Assembly: GCF_009834535.1 (NCBI RefSeq)
Contig: NC_045715.1
Location: forward strand, 22,010,001 to 22,074,000
From: Camelus ferus
Taxonomy: Eukaryota
DNA length: 64,000 nucleotides
Direction: 5' to 3'
Shown: positions 26,406 through 39,300 of the stretch, one piece after another
Layout of the letters: the number at the start of each line of letters is the position of its first letter
Numbering within the stretch: the first letter of the stretch is position 1
Program-made: the position numbers and the translations under genes
Notes under the pieces: model-generated
Database searches by the model: none
The model's input: only the letters and a program-made list of their open reading frames with translations
Told to the model about the DNA's origin: nothing

Positions 26406-28559
26406 GACTCACAGATCTTTTGAGATCCTCCCATTAGAGCCAGTGATGTCTCAGGGTGGAAAGGAAGTCAGGTGAGAACGTGTCCTGCCTGTCCCCAGCC
26501 TTCTGACTCTCCCTAAATCCTGGAACTGTCCTGGTTCTGTCCTTTCAAAATCCTGACTATTCAGCTTTTCCCTCAATTCTGTAAATATCCTTCCAATAAT
26601 TAACTCTTCTTAGAGTAAATTTGTTATTTCTCTACAAACAGCTGCTTCCTCAGCTCCATGACTCAGCCTGAAGTCATGGAACAAGAGATGAATTTTGGAC
26701 ATAGAAGTTTCAAACCACTGAATAGCTGTGTAGTGTTGGGCTCATCACTTTATTCAAGCATATGAAACAGGAAGAACATCTCCTCCGAGGGCAGGTGTGT
26801 GAATTCAATGAGATGAAAGATCTGCAGTATGAGATCAGGGACCTTGATTGATTCTCTGCTGAATCCACAGTGCCTATCACAGAACACTGAGAAGGGGATC
26901 AATAAATATGCCTTGGTTTAGTAAATACTGTATCTGAAAACTCTATAAACTCAGATGCACCATGAACTGCTGTAGCCATTTTTCCCAGGATGGAGAGAGC
27001 TGATTTCTTTTCTTCCCCTCAGAGTTGTCTTAGTCTTGCTTTCTCCTTCTTTCCTTGAATCTTTACCCTAAATCTGTGTTGGAAACCAGCCAATTTGCCT
27101 GCTTCTCCTACTGCCTGATTTCCTAAAATCAGAAAAGCCATCCTTCTTAAATGGAGGGTGGATGGGTCCATATTGATAGGGTGGGAAGAAAAGAGGAGTC
27201 CCTTACTTCTTTTGTTCTCAGGATACATGTTCACATTCAATAACTCTGAAGTTGTTGCTGGGAGGTGCACCCGTTTTACGCAGAAGCTGTTGAACATCGA
27301 GTAAATGTTTCCCCGAGAGCCCAATTAAGAAATAACTCCGGGAAAGCCGAGGGTACAGAAGTGTAGAAATAAAAATGATATTTTTCTAAAGGACAGAGAT
27401 CCCCTAACAGTGTTAGGGCTCATTACAACCCATAAGGACTCCTCCAAGTCCTTTCTATATGACACTAGGTAAGGATAGGGACTTTTGTACCAGATACAGA
27501 CCCGGGTCTTAGATTAGCAAAAGGAAGGTGAATATGGACACAGTCCTGTGTTAGGGAGCGATCCTTGATGATTCTGGGTCTGAAAAGCCAGTGTGTCTGT
27601 CTCACCAAAGGAAAGCAGTGAGGGAGAAATTTGAGAGGTGATGTTATCCAGAAGTTATGAGTTTCAGCCTGGGGATCACAAGGACCCATCTAAGCCACAG
27701 GACTGAATGTTTTTAGACTAAAGGGAAGGCCACTCAGTTGCTTCAGCGTGAAGGTGGCGTGGGAGAAGCCTCACTGCCTTCTTGAGCCAACAAGGCATCA
27801 GAGACTGGTCATGGTTTGAGCTGACGGAGAACTCCATCCCCTGGTCGATGCTGCCCCCTGGAGGTCAGTATAATTATTGCGGCTCCCTTTCACGCTATTC
27901 TGTCTCTTCGTGCCATCCTGAGACTTTTGGGTCAGAGGGCTCCTTTGGATTCCTGGGGCAGTTGGAATGTCCCTGAAAATTGTGTGCTTCGATATAACTT
28001 CAGTGCCTCCAGATTTCAGAATACGAGACTCCTTATATCCCAGCGATACCCCTCACTGAGGCCTGCCAAAACCCATGCTTGTCGGTCGACCGTGAATATT
28101 TGGGTTCGTGGATGGATAAAAAGGAAGCTCAGAACTTCGAAAACCTAGATGCCTCCCTGCACGGCCCTTCTCCCATCGGAGCATTAGTTGACTTTCGATG
28201 AAGTCGTCTGTCTCGGCAATCTCCTTCATGGGATATCCAGAGACTCCTTGTCTGGGAACCTGCCTCTGTTAAAGCTGCCTACGTTTCCCTTGTCCCAAGT
28301 CCCAAAACCTGGGTGGGTCCTTCTGTCCTCGTGCTTAATCAGGTCAAATGTGAGAACATCGGGATCCCCCTGGTAGGGGTGAGGGTAGAAGGTATGTGGG
28401 CGAGGAAAGGGAAAGGAAGGTGGAGGGACAGAGGATTCCTGGGGCCGGTGCCCAGGGTGAGGTTCGGATTCCCCAAACCCCCGCACACCACTACCTATTA
28501 AGGGGCAGGCCTCAGGCAATATCTAGGGCAGTCAGGCAGGGGAAACCATGAAGAATGAA

Positions 28560-29030
28560 GAGGCGGGGGAACGTGGCGGTGACCTGGGGTGAGGTCGGTT
28601 AAGGACACTGTCCTGGTTCCGCCCCTGAGGCATCTGAGCCAATCAGGAGCCGCTCTCCACCTCCAACATCTTTACCACCCTCCCCCGCCCTTCAGACTGG
28701 CCGCGGGGCTGAAGCACGGAGACAAGGTTCCCAAAGCCAATCGGAACGCTGCTCTCGGAGATGGGGCGGAACCTAAAAAAAGGCGGGAGCGGGAGAAGGC
28801 GGCTACAGTGGCCCTGTCACGCCCTCCCCATGTGGCAGCCAATCGGCAGAGCCCACCGGCCAAAACTGCTCCAGCCCCGCCTCGCGATGCGCTGGCCTCT
28901 CCGACCACACGCGGCGCCCTTTTGTATCTTTATTCTCCCGGCCTCCGCGTGCAGGCTGGGCCTGCATCCAGAAGCCCTAAGCGAGAAGAAACAGCTCTCC
29001 TTCCCCCATTCGCTGGAGGCTGGGAAGGAA
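28560..29030. promoter_or_regulatory. CpG-rich promoter-like element beyond the VPS52 3' end
   Basis: Three CCAAT boxes (28639, 28737, 28839), GC boxes (~28618, ~28682, ~28763), CpG-rich. Confidence 0.6.
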
Positions 29031-29721
29031 TGATTAGGCCATAGGGGTGTAGTAAACATCCCCAAATTACCATTTTCCCCTGACTGCCCAGGCCTTCCCC
29101 GTTAGGACTTATAGGCGCCCCCACGTCTCTCCAGTCTAGAGTCTGAGTTCAAATGAGGTATAAGGGCAGCGGCAGCAGGAAGGCACCAAGTTAATAACAG
29201 ACACGGGTAAGATGGTCATATTGGGAACCTGGCCTACTCCTGCCCCAGTGGTGTAGATGCTACAGCCCTCCAGCAAGGGGCTGTGACAACCACAACTAGA
29301 GGAACTGGGAGCTGACACTGAAGGAGAGGAGGCCATCCCAAGGTAAGCTTGAGGAGGCAGGAGGCATGGAGAGCTGGTATCAGGGAGCGAAGGTAGCCTT
29401 TAGGACAGTGCCTGAGGCTGCACAGCCATGTTCCCAGCCCTTGATGCACCTGCCACTTTAACCAGGGGCCACTTTCCTCCAGCAGGTGGGTTACTCATGA
29501 AACAGAACCAACCCTAAAACCAATGCCACCACCTCTTTTGGCCTGAAGCAGCTAGAGGTTAGAGGTTACTGTGTGCCCCTATTTTCTGGACACCCACCAG
29601 AAGGGATGTAGGCCCAGGAAGTAGAGAGCAAAGGTGACCCTGGAGCAGAGACGAGGCTACTTGAAGGTCCCAGGAGGAAGGAGAAAGGAAATGGGAGAAG
29701 AGTGTTATATCATATTAAATA

Positions 29722-29727
29722 TTTATT
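29722..29727 (-). terminator. Probable VPS52 polyadenylation signal AATAAA
   Basis: TTTATT on the plus strand, ~630 nt after the VPS52 stop codon. Confidence 0.65.
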
Positions 29728-29816
29728 GTTTTCTGCAGACTGACCTTGGAGAGGACTGGTTAGTGTTCAAGTTGCTGAGATCTCAGGTCAAAAAGCTACA
29801 GACATGAAACCACTTT

Positions 29817-29889
29817 GAGCATGCTTAGCATGCACAAGGTCCTGGGTTCAATCCCCAGTACCTCCATTAAAAAAAAAAAAAAAAGAAAC
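29817..29889 (+). mobile_element. 5'-truncated tRNA-Ala SINE inside the inferred VPS52 3' UTR
   Basis: GAGCATGCTTAGCATGCAC...CAGTACCTCCA plus poly(A). GAAACCAC is repeated at 29806-29813 and 29890-29897. Confidence 0.85.
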
Positions 29890-30360
29890 GAAACCACATT
29901 GAATGAAAAAACAAACAAACAAAAAAACCCCAACCATTATGAGGCAGTCTCCCCTTACCAAACCAATTCCAAGAGTTGAGGTGTCACACCTCACGACATG
30001 GTGATAAGAGCTGAATGAACAAGAGATTGTGGCAATGAAAGTTTGACTGGAAGAAGAAAAGAGCCTTGGGTGTGGGACAGTCGGGGGAAGGAAGGGAATG
30101 ACAAAATGGGAAAAATAATAAAGGTCATTTTGGAAGCTCAAGGGGAAGTGGTTCTGGGAAACCTGAAGACACAGAGTCAGAAAGCCAAGGGGATCCAGCT
30201 TATCCTGATGAGGCAGGATCCTGGCAATGAAGGCAGGCTCAGGCATGTCAAGGACCCGGGAGGCAAGTGGAAAATTGGAAGGGGGACCCCAGGTAACGAA
30301 GGGCATGGGAAGGGGTACAGAAGGCCATCGAGAGGGCTGGTGACTCCCAGGTCCGGCACA

Positions 30361-33300
30361 TTAGAAGTTGGGCTTGTGCTTCTTGAGCTCCACCATGAGG
30401 TGGTGGATGTTGATGAGCTCAGCCCGGGCAGGGAGGGCTCGGAGCTGGGGCTGAGACAGCACCCGGTGGAAACGATGATAGAGCTGTATCAGCTGGGTCA
30501 GCGCTCCCTGGTCAGAGAAAGTCACAGAGGGATGAGACTGTGGGGTGGTGCTAAGGGTGATGATCAGGAATCAGGTTAGGGCTCATCCAGAACTCTGGGC
30601 ACAGCTGGTAGTTGAAGATCAAGGGTCACTTGTATGATTCTGAGCCCAGAGAAAAGGGGGAAAAATGAGTGATGGGGTGGGGTGGGAGTGGGGACGGGGA
30701 GGTGCAGATCACCTGGATGATACTGGTTCCATTTCTGAAGTTGGTGAAACTCCGCATTACATCCTGACTTAGAGACTCCACCGATGATTTCCAGGAACTA
30801 CCAAAGCCACGGATCAGCTGAGTAACCCGGGCTGACAACAGGAAGAAAGAGATTATGGCTAAGTGATATTTGATCCCTCCAAGTCCTCCCCAAGGCACAG
30901 GCGTCCTCATCAGGCATCCCCTCTTTTCTAGTGTTCTCCCCACCTACTCTTTCCTGCTCTACACCCTCCCATGTAATCTGCATCCTCAAATTTTTCTTTT
31001 CTGCTCAGCTTTCCACTGACCCCACCACTACCACACCACCCTCCTACCTTCTTCCCCTCGAAGTCGTTCAGCTTGTCCACGCTCAATCAAAGCCTCAGCT
31101 TCCTTCACAAATGCCACCAAACCCCCAAAAGGGGGAGACAGCAACTCTTCAATGAACTCCTGTAGAAACACACACACATACAGAGTTGAGTATTCTGGTG
31201 TCAGCGGACTTTCCCAATTCTGTCATCATGAACAACTAGGTCCTTACAACATTCCCATCATGGAACAGCTAAATGCTGGAAAGGTCATATACTTTAAGAC
31301 ACTGTTAGTCTCACAAGAGGTTGGGGAAATCTCCAAAGATTACCCTCCTCATAAAAAATTTTTTTAATTTCATTAAAAAAAAAAATGGGCTGGGAGCAGA
31401 GGGCTGGAACCAGAGAAGGAGACAACTGGCACACACAGGGCTATCAGAAGGTAGATGGCCATGCAATCCTGCTATCGGGAAGCTGAGTCTGATGCCAGCC
31501 TCGAGCTGGGATGCTAAGACTTGAGTCTCTCATGAGAACCTCAAAGAGGTGCCAGTGCGGACCTAGGTGGATGGCATCTTCCAGGTATTATCAAAGGCCG
31601 CTGGTTTAAGCACATCTTCATGGGATCAGAGAGTCTAGAGAATTGCACTTCAGAAGGCAGAGCTGACATTCTCTCTGGTCACCTAACTGTGCGGGCGAGG
31701 ACAACAGCTTCCTTTCTCATCTAATTACATGTTTATTTACTAAAAAGAGAGAACAGAATGAGAAAGTTTAACCTACAACTAATCAGAGCACAGAATCGAA
31801 GAAAGAATGAAGGAAAAGCAATATTTAAAAAGATGCTGGCTGTGAATTTCCCCAAATTAATGAAAAAACTAAATTCAAAGACCAGGAAACCAACAAGGTA
31901 TCAACTTAAAGAAATAAAGAGAAACACACATCTAGACATATTGTGGTAAAACTTCAGAATACCAAAGAAAACGAGGAGAACTTAAAGAGCAGTCAGAGAG
32001 AAGAGACTGCTTCAAAGGAACAAAAATTAGAACAACAGTAGACTTCTTCACTGCAACAATTTAAGCCAACAGTGGAAAATCTTCTAAATGTTGAGAGAAA
32101 ATAACTCCTTAGAATTTGACAGTAAGCCAGCAAAACTATTCTTTCCTAACAAAGGTGAAATACATTTATATAAAAACAAAAACAAGGTTTACTACCAACA
32201 AACTTTCATAAAGGAATTTCTAAAAGAGCTATTTTAGGAAGAAGGAAAATGATCCCCAAAAGATAATCTGAGTTCTAAAAAGGAATGGTGGGCAAATAAA
32301 CAGGGAAACATGCAGGGAAGGCCAAATGGAAGGTATCACTAGAAGATAGCAACAATTAAAAGGAAGACAGAAATAAAATACTGGTCAATAATTAGCATGG
32401 AAGACAGAAGGGGGAGGGGTGATTGGAGCATTAAAACATTTTAAATGCTTTAAAATCTACATATTGTTTGAGATAGGGGTTAAATATTAAATTTAGATGT
32501 TAAGCTAAATATGCAAGGTAAAATTTAAAGGCCATTTTCTAAAAGAATGGAATACAAAATCTAAATTAGGAGGAAAAAAATAAATAGTAAGAAAAACAAA
32601 GGCGAGAAGCACAAAAGACACGAGACAAAAAAGAAAACTAAAGATGGTAGGAAAAAGTCCCAATGTAACATTAATCATAATAAACATAAATGAATTTAAA
32701 AAATAAACCAAAGGGCAGAGATAATCCAATTAGATTTTTTTTTAAATTCCAGCTATATGCCATTTTTAAAAGACTTAAAAAGTGAAAACATAGAAAGGCT
32801 GAAAGGAAAAAAAAAAGAAATAAACAGGCAAATATTACCAAAATAAAACTGGCAGAGCTGTTAATATCAGATATAATAGGTTTCAAGACAAAATTATTAG
32901 GGCTAAGATGTGTCATATAGTGACAAATTCTTCAAGTCACTAGCAAGATCTAATAATTCTAAACTTTTAAGAATTTAGATAAAATAAGCTGAAACCATAT
33001 AAAGCAAAATCTGATAAAACTGCTGTGAATAATGATAAATTTATGAATATCAAAACATCTCTCTCAACTATTGATAGTAAACAAAAAATTAGTAAATATT
33101 TTAGATAATGTGATCAACACAATTAAAGAGTCTGACTTCCACACCTGAAAATTTAAAAAAAACCCATGTTCTCAAACACACATGGAACATTTACAAAAGT
33201 TGATCATGTACTAGGCCACAAGCAAATCTAAACAAATTTCAAAAATTTTTCAAATTTCAAATGTTCAGTACCAAAAAACCACATTCTCCATTCACAATGC

Positions 33301-36300
33301 AATTAAGTTAGACATTAATAACAAAAAAGAGAAGTAAGAAAACTGCTTTTGGAAATTTTAAAACACTCAAAATCTCACAGATTGAAGAAGATACAATTAA
33401 AATAAAAAAATTCTTAGAACTGAATGATAATAAAAATGCTACATACTCAAACTTATAGAATTCAATAAAAGCAGTATTTAGAGGGAATTTCATAGTTTTG
33501 AAACTTCCTGAATGCTTCTGCTGGCAAGTTCTAGGAAATCTTCAAGGAAGAGATCGTTTCAATCTTAAAATCTTTCAGAAGGAAAACTTCCTTTTCACCT
33601 CCTTCTATAAATCCAGTATGACTTTGGTACCCAAACCACATGAGGACAGTAGAAGAAAAGAAAATCACAGGCCAATCTCACCTATGTACAGAGAAGCAAA
33701 ATCCTAAACAAATTAGACCAAATCCAGAATGGTTTAACACTGTAAAATCTATAAATGTTATATACCACATAATAGATTTTTAAATGAACTATGATTACCT
33801 CACCAATTACAGAAAAAGCATACATTCTTGATTAAAAATTCAATACTCACTTATATTTTTAAAAATATTAATTTTAAAAAGAAAATTGTAATTTTAAAAA
33901 ATAATAACTCTTGGCATCCCAAGGAGTGAAAGGAATTTTCTTCACCTGATAAAAGAGATCTATAAAAAACCTACAACAACATTACTCTTAATGAGGAAAT
34001 GATGAAAGAATTCCTTTTAAAACTAGGAAGAGAAAAGGGTTCTTACTATCACCACTTCTATGCAACTATTCAGCTTTGTACTGGAGGTACTGGTCAGTGC
34101 AGTAATAATAAATTAAAGACATAAGGGTCAGAAAGGAAGAACTGCAATTGTCACAACTTGTAAATGATGAATGCCTACACAGAAACACACAGAAACGTTA
34201 TTAGAAATAACTTAGGAAGGTGGCTGGCTACATAATCAATATACAAAAATCAACAGCACTTCTGTACACCAGTTCAAACAAGTAAATTTTTTTTAATATT
34301 TAAGGAACAACAATTTATTTAAAGGACAGATTCTAAAAGAATAGAGTAGAAAGTCCAAACAATTAGAAAAAAATGTAGTCATTATTCCCAGCAATTCCTA
34401 GTATTATTCCTAGTAATTATTCCTCAATAAAGGTAGATTTATTCCAAGTAGAATAACCACAATAATAACTCCTAGCACATGAAGGATTAAAAGGAATTTT
34501 CCTAACCTGATAAAGGGCATCTACCAAAAAACCCTATAGCCACATTACTGTTAATGGGAAAATGATTAAAGTATTTCTTTTAAACTCAGCAACAGGATAA
34601 GGGTTCTCACTGTTACCCTTTATTCAACTATTCAACTCTGTCACAGAGGTCCTGGCCAGAACAGAAAGGGATTAAAGACATAAGAAATCAAAGGCAAAGG
34701 ATAAGGAAGGATTTACTTATTCCTAGTAGGACTAAATCTACATAGTACATCTAGCCAGGAACAACTCTAACAAAAGATTTGCAATGTCTCTGCACTGAAA
34801 AGTATAAAAGGTTCTCAAAAGACATTACAGAATAACTTAAAAAATGGAGAGAAATAAAATAAAATAAAATAAAATAAATAAAATAAAATAAATAAAATAA
34901 AATAAAATAAAATAACAAGGGGGAGGGTATATAGCTCAAGTGGTAGAGCACATGCTTAGCACGCATGACGTCCTGGGTTCGATCCCCAGTATCTCCTCTA
35001 AAAACAAATAAATAAGCAAACCTAACTACCTGCCCCCGCAAAAATAAAATTTTTAAAAAATGGAGAGCGAGCCCATGTTCATGGACAGGAAGTTTCAATA
35101 TCATAAAGTGTCAATTCTTTCAAATTAACCAATGCAATTCCAACCAAAATCCTTAATGGGCTTTTTTTAAATGTGAAAACTTACAAGCTGATCATAAAAT
35201 TCACATGAAAAATCAAGAGGCCAATAATACTCAAGATAATGATGAAAAAGAAGGCAGGAGAATTTGCCCTAGAAGCATAATTAAAACTGTACTGCAGGGT
35301 AGACAAACTGATCAACAGAACAGAATAGAGGCAAGACATACACATTTGTGGAGTTTTACTATGTGACAGAGAAGGACTGCTGACCAAGTAGGGTAAGAAA
35401 GGGGCTTCCTATAAATTGTTCAGGGCCAATCATTATCCAAATAGAAAAAACTGAGTTAGATTCCAATCACACATCATACACAAAAATAAATTCTAGGTAT
35501 ATTTAGGTAAATTTCAAAAGTACTTAAAAGTAAAAAGCAAAATTTTACAATATTAAGACTACAAACATACTCCAAAACATAGTATAATGTTTTTCTGACT
35601 CAGGTAATCAGAGATTTCTTAAGACAATAAAAATAGAGATTAATAAATTCAGTCATATTACACTTAGAAATTTCTGTTCACCTAAAGATAACATAAAAAA
35701 AGCAAAAAGATAAAACACATACGGAAATGTATCTGCAATCTATATAATCAACAAAAAGGTTATGTAGATAAATATAAAATATATTAAGAACTCTTATAAA
35801 TCAAAAAAAAAAAAACGTAAACAACCCAATTTTTAAAAGGTCAAATACTATAACAGATGTTTTACAGAAAAGAAAAATGTGTACGGCTACTTAACATTTG
35901 AAATGATGCTCAATTATATTAGTAATCAGGAAAGTGCAAATTAAGATCCCAATGAGATACCTATCAGAATGACAAAGATAGTCTGATATGTCATGTGGTG
36001 GAGAAAATACGACTCAATGAGAATTCTTATATATTGCAGATAAGGAATAAATTGGTTCAACCACTTAGGAAAACAATTTGACATTGTCTCATAAAGGAGA
36101 ATACTGGCATATCCCATATGCAGCAAGCCTACTCCTACTTCCAAGAGAGCTTTGTTAAAATTTACCTACCATCTATGTGTGCTAAAAGACAGAATTCTTC
36201 ATAAAATAATGCTCATGGTAGCAAGAAACTGGAAATAATACAAATGACCACTTACAGGAGAACATGTTATATTCACATTACGTGACAGTATACAGTAGTG

Positions 36301-39300
36301 AAAAAGAATAAGCTACAACCATACGCAACGACATAACACTAGAAAAATTATGCATGAAATAATCCTGTGATTCTGTTTTTATGACACTCAAAAACCAAAC
36401 TAATTGTTGTTTCAGCATACCTATACCTGTATTTTTAAAAGCAAGGGCATAAGAAACACAAGATTTAGGCCCATAGGTGCCCTCTGTGAGAAAGGCAGGG
36501 AGATGGGGTGAAGAGGAATTCATACTTCGATGTTGGTTGTTGCCAAAGTATGTGGTGGGTTCATGGATATCTACATCACTAAGAAAATTACAAAGGAAAA
36601 TAAAAATAGCCCAATAATGACAGCATGTTGTGACCCAAGTTTTAGTAATGCCAATTCTGTTTATCTGAGTCCACTAACTGCCACTCCCTACACACAAACA
36701 CACACACACACAAACTAAAAACACACACAGGACTGTCCCTTTCCTTGTCCCCACACCTCTACCTGTGTCCGAGCATTGAGCAGCTGCTGGAAACTTTCAA
36801 CCTCTTTGCTGTCATCTGCTGCCCGTTCCTAAGGGAGGACAAAGGGAAATCTCAAGTTTGGGGAGAAGCTGCCCTTCACATTAGAACATCCCCTTCCTTC
36901 CACATTTATTGTGGGAGCCAGACACTGTGCCAGACTCCAAGAATAAGACACTGAATGAGGTCAACATAATCCTCGTTCTCGCGGAGTTCACAGAGCAGTG
37001 GGGGGACCCTGAATTGTCTGGGTAGGGAGACAGGGAGAATGGGTCTGTTACCATCAGCACACCCAGCATCATGTCATAGTTGTTGATCAGAAACACAAGC
37101 TGCTCCTTCCTCGAGGAGAACTCAGCTGCCACTCGGAGGACAAAATTCTCCACTTCCACCTGAAAAAGCCGAAAGGGGGAGGTGACTCAGGGGGCAAGGG
37201 CGTGTGGCCCATCCCCGCAATCCAGCCCACCTGGGAAACCTCTCCCGCCCTCCTCTCACCTGGAGCTGGCCCAGCAGCTGCATCGTCCGTTCGTTGGGAA
37301 TGGTCTGGTTGATGCTGACAAGAGCAGAGGAGAACTCTGCATATCGGCGTGTGATCTGGGAGAAAGAAGATGGGAAGAAAAATCACACCAACCCCCGGCC
37401 CAACCAACACAACCCCCCAAATCCGTTGAAGCTGGCCAAATAACCTCTGTGGGACTCCGGCCTCCAACCCCTTCTACCAACAGTGCCCAACCCCCCTGAG
37501 TCTGACCACACTCTTCGACTGCCCCTCACACAGTGTGGGGCCCTGGAAATTTCCAGCCAGGCCCATGACTCCACTGTGAAGCTGGGCAACCCCCACAGTG
37601 AAGCTCAGAGCCCTGCCTTTCAATAATCCTTCTGTTACCCTTGCCCTCCCTCACATAGTGAGGCCGAGTATCCAGCCCCCCAAGGCGCTGAGGGTCAGTG
37701 CTTCGGACGCTCTGGACATTCATCTCCAGGATCAGTTCAAACCGTGGCCACAGCAAGGCAAGCACCTGTTCCCAGTACCTGTGGGCTTAATCAGAATCAG
37801 AGATCAGCCGGCAAGGAATATGGGGGGATGGTGGGCAGGGCTAGGGGTCAGGTGTGCATATGGGAACCCTGATCAAAGGTTAACGGCTGGTGGAGGTAGG
37901 AGTGGGTGTGAACAGTAAGTCTGAAAGCAGCAGGGTCAATGGTGTCCGGTCAGGAGGAGCCCAAGGGTCAGGGCAGGCTTGTATGAGACCAAGAGTTCAA
38001 GGCCAGTGGGGCGTCAAGGACCAGAATTCAGTGACCTGTCTAGAGCGGGAACATCCCTCTTGGCTGCAATGTTGCGGAATCGGAGGACAATGTGGATACA
38101 GAGAAAAACAGCAATGGCGTCGTAACAGTCAGCCAGATAGGACTCCAGGTGTTTCTGTGATTTAGGAACAGGCAGAGGATGGGAAGAGAGCATTTGTTAC
38201 TTTGTCCTTCCCAGTGGCCACAGACAAATGCACTCCTTTAGGGATGCAGTCCTGAGGTGGGTGGAGATCTGAGAGGGAAATGCTCCCTCCTTCCCTGTCC
38301 ACTGCCTTGCTCACCAGATCTATGATCACAAGCCCATCATAGCAGAATTCAGGGCTGAGCACCAAGGGGCCCCTGAGTTTTCAGGTGCTATAGCCTAGGT
38401 GTGGATCAGCAGGAGGGATAACCTCAGAGACCCCAAGCTTTGATGGACAGTCACACAGTATGAGGCATATGCATTTTGGAACGAGGGGATCCTGGTTTCA
38501 GTACCACCAGAGCTATGACCTCATTGCGGTGCTGACGAGGACTGGGGACAGAGAAGCCTAAGAGCACGGGGCCTAGGGAGCTTACCAGGGTCATGTTGAG
38601 TGTACGGCCCATGACAGAATGGAAGAGGTCGTGTGCAGCTGGGCCGGACACAACAAAGAATTCACAAATGAAAAGATATTCGCGGCAGGAGTTGTCCAGG
38701 AGGGCGTAGTGCTGGCTGCGGAAGAGGGCCTCAAAAGGATACTAGGAAGAGAGACAGAAGGGATGGACCCCAATACTGACTCCCCTGGATGTGGCTGGAA
38801 AATCAGCAAACCTGGGTAATGAGAGCTCAAGAGACCCTCCGCATCCAAGCCACACCCAGGCTGCAAAAGAGCATCCTCAATGGATACAGAAGACATCGGG
38901 GGAGAACGGACAAAAGAGCTCACCCACATCTGCAGCTGCTGCTCCTGCATCCACCTCACACCTGCCTCATGACACGTCATTCCCCTTGCCAGCCTCCCTC
39001 CTCTGCGCACCCTAAGTCAAGGGTCCCAACCCTCTTCTCATCACAGGACACTGGGGTGACTGGAGAAGGGGATTCACACAGGGGCCTGCAGGGCTCGACC
39101 CTGAGGTCTGGCCTCAGAGTCCCTCTCCTGACTGAAGCTTGTTCCTCCCCCTACCCGCTGTTCTCCCCGCTGGGCGGTATGGGGCACGAGGATGGGTGCC
39201 TCCAGTTCAGTGGGGGAGATGACAGAGCCACGGGTCCCCAGGGTGAAGATGGTGTTCCTGCTGCGGAGGGATGGTTTTGAGAAGAATCGTGAAGGCTCCA

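Larger units (their letters stand above)
31740..36480 (+). mobile_element. Fragmented old L1 (ORF1, ORF2 and 3' remnants), antisense within VPS52 intron 17
   Basis: Long A-rich degenerate L1 text (CACATCTAGACATATTGTGGTAAAACTTCAG; CATGGAACATTTACAAAAGTTGATCATGTACTAGGCCAC; CCCATGTTCATGGACAGGAAG). No intact ORF. Confidence 0.8.

Noticed and set aside
12240-29700. MHC class I gene in the RING1-VPS52 interval, as in mouse and rat
   Set aside because: I saw no class I alpha1/alpha2/alpha3 exon-like sequence; the interval is repeats and pseudogene relics.
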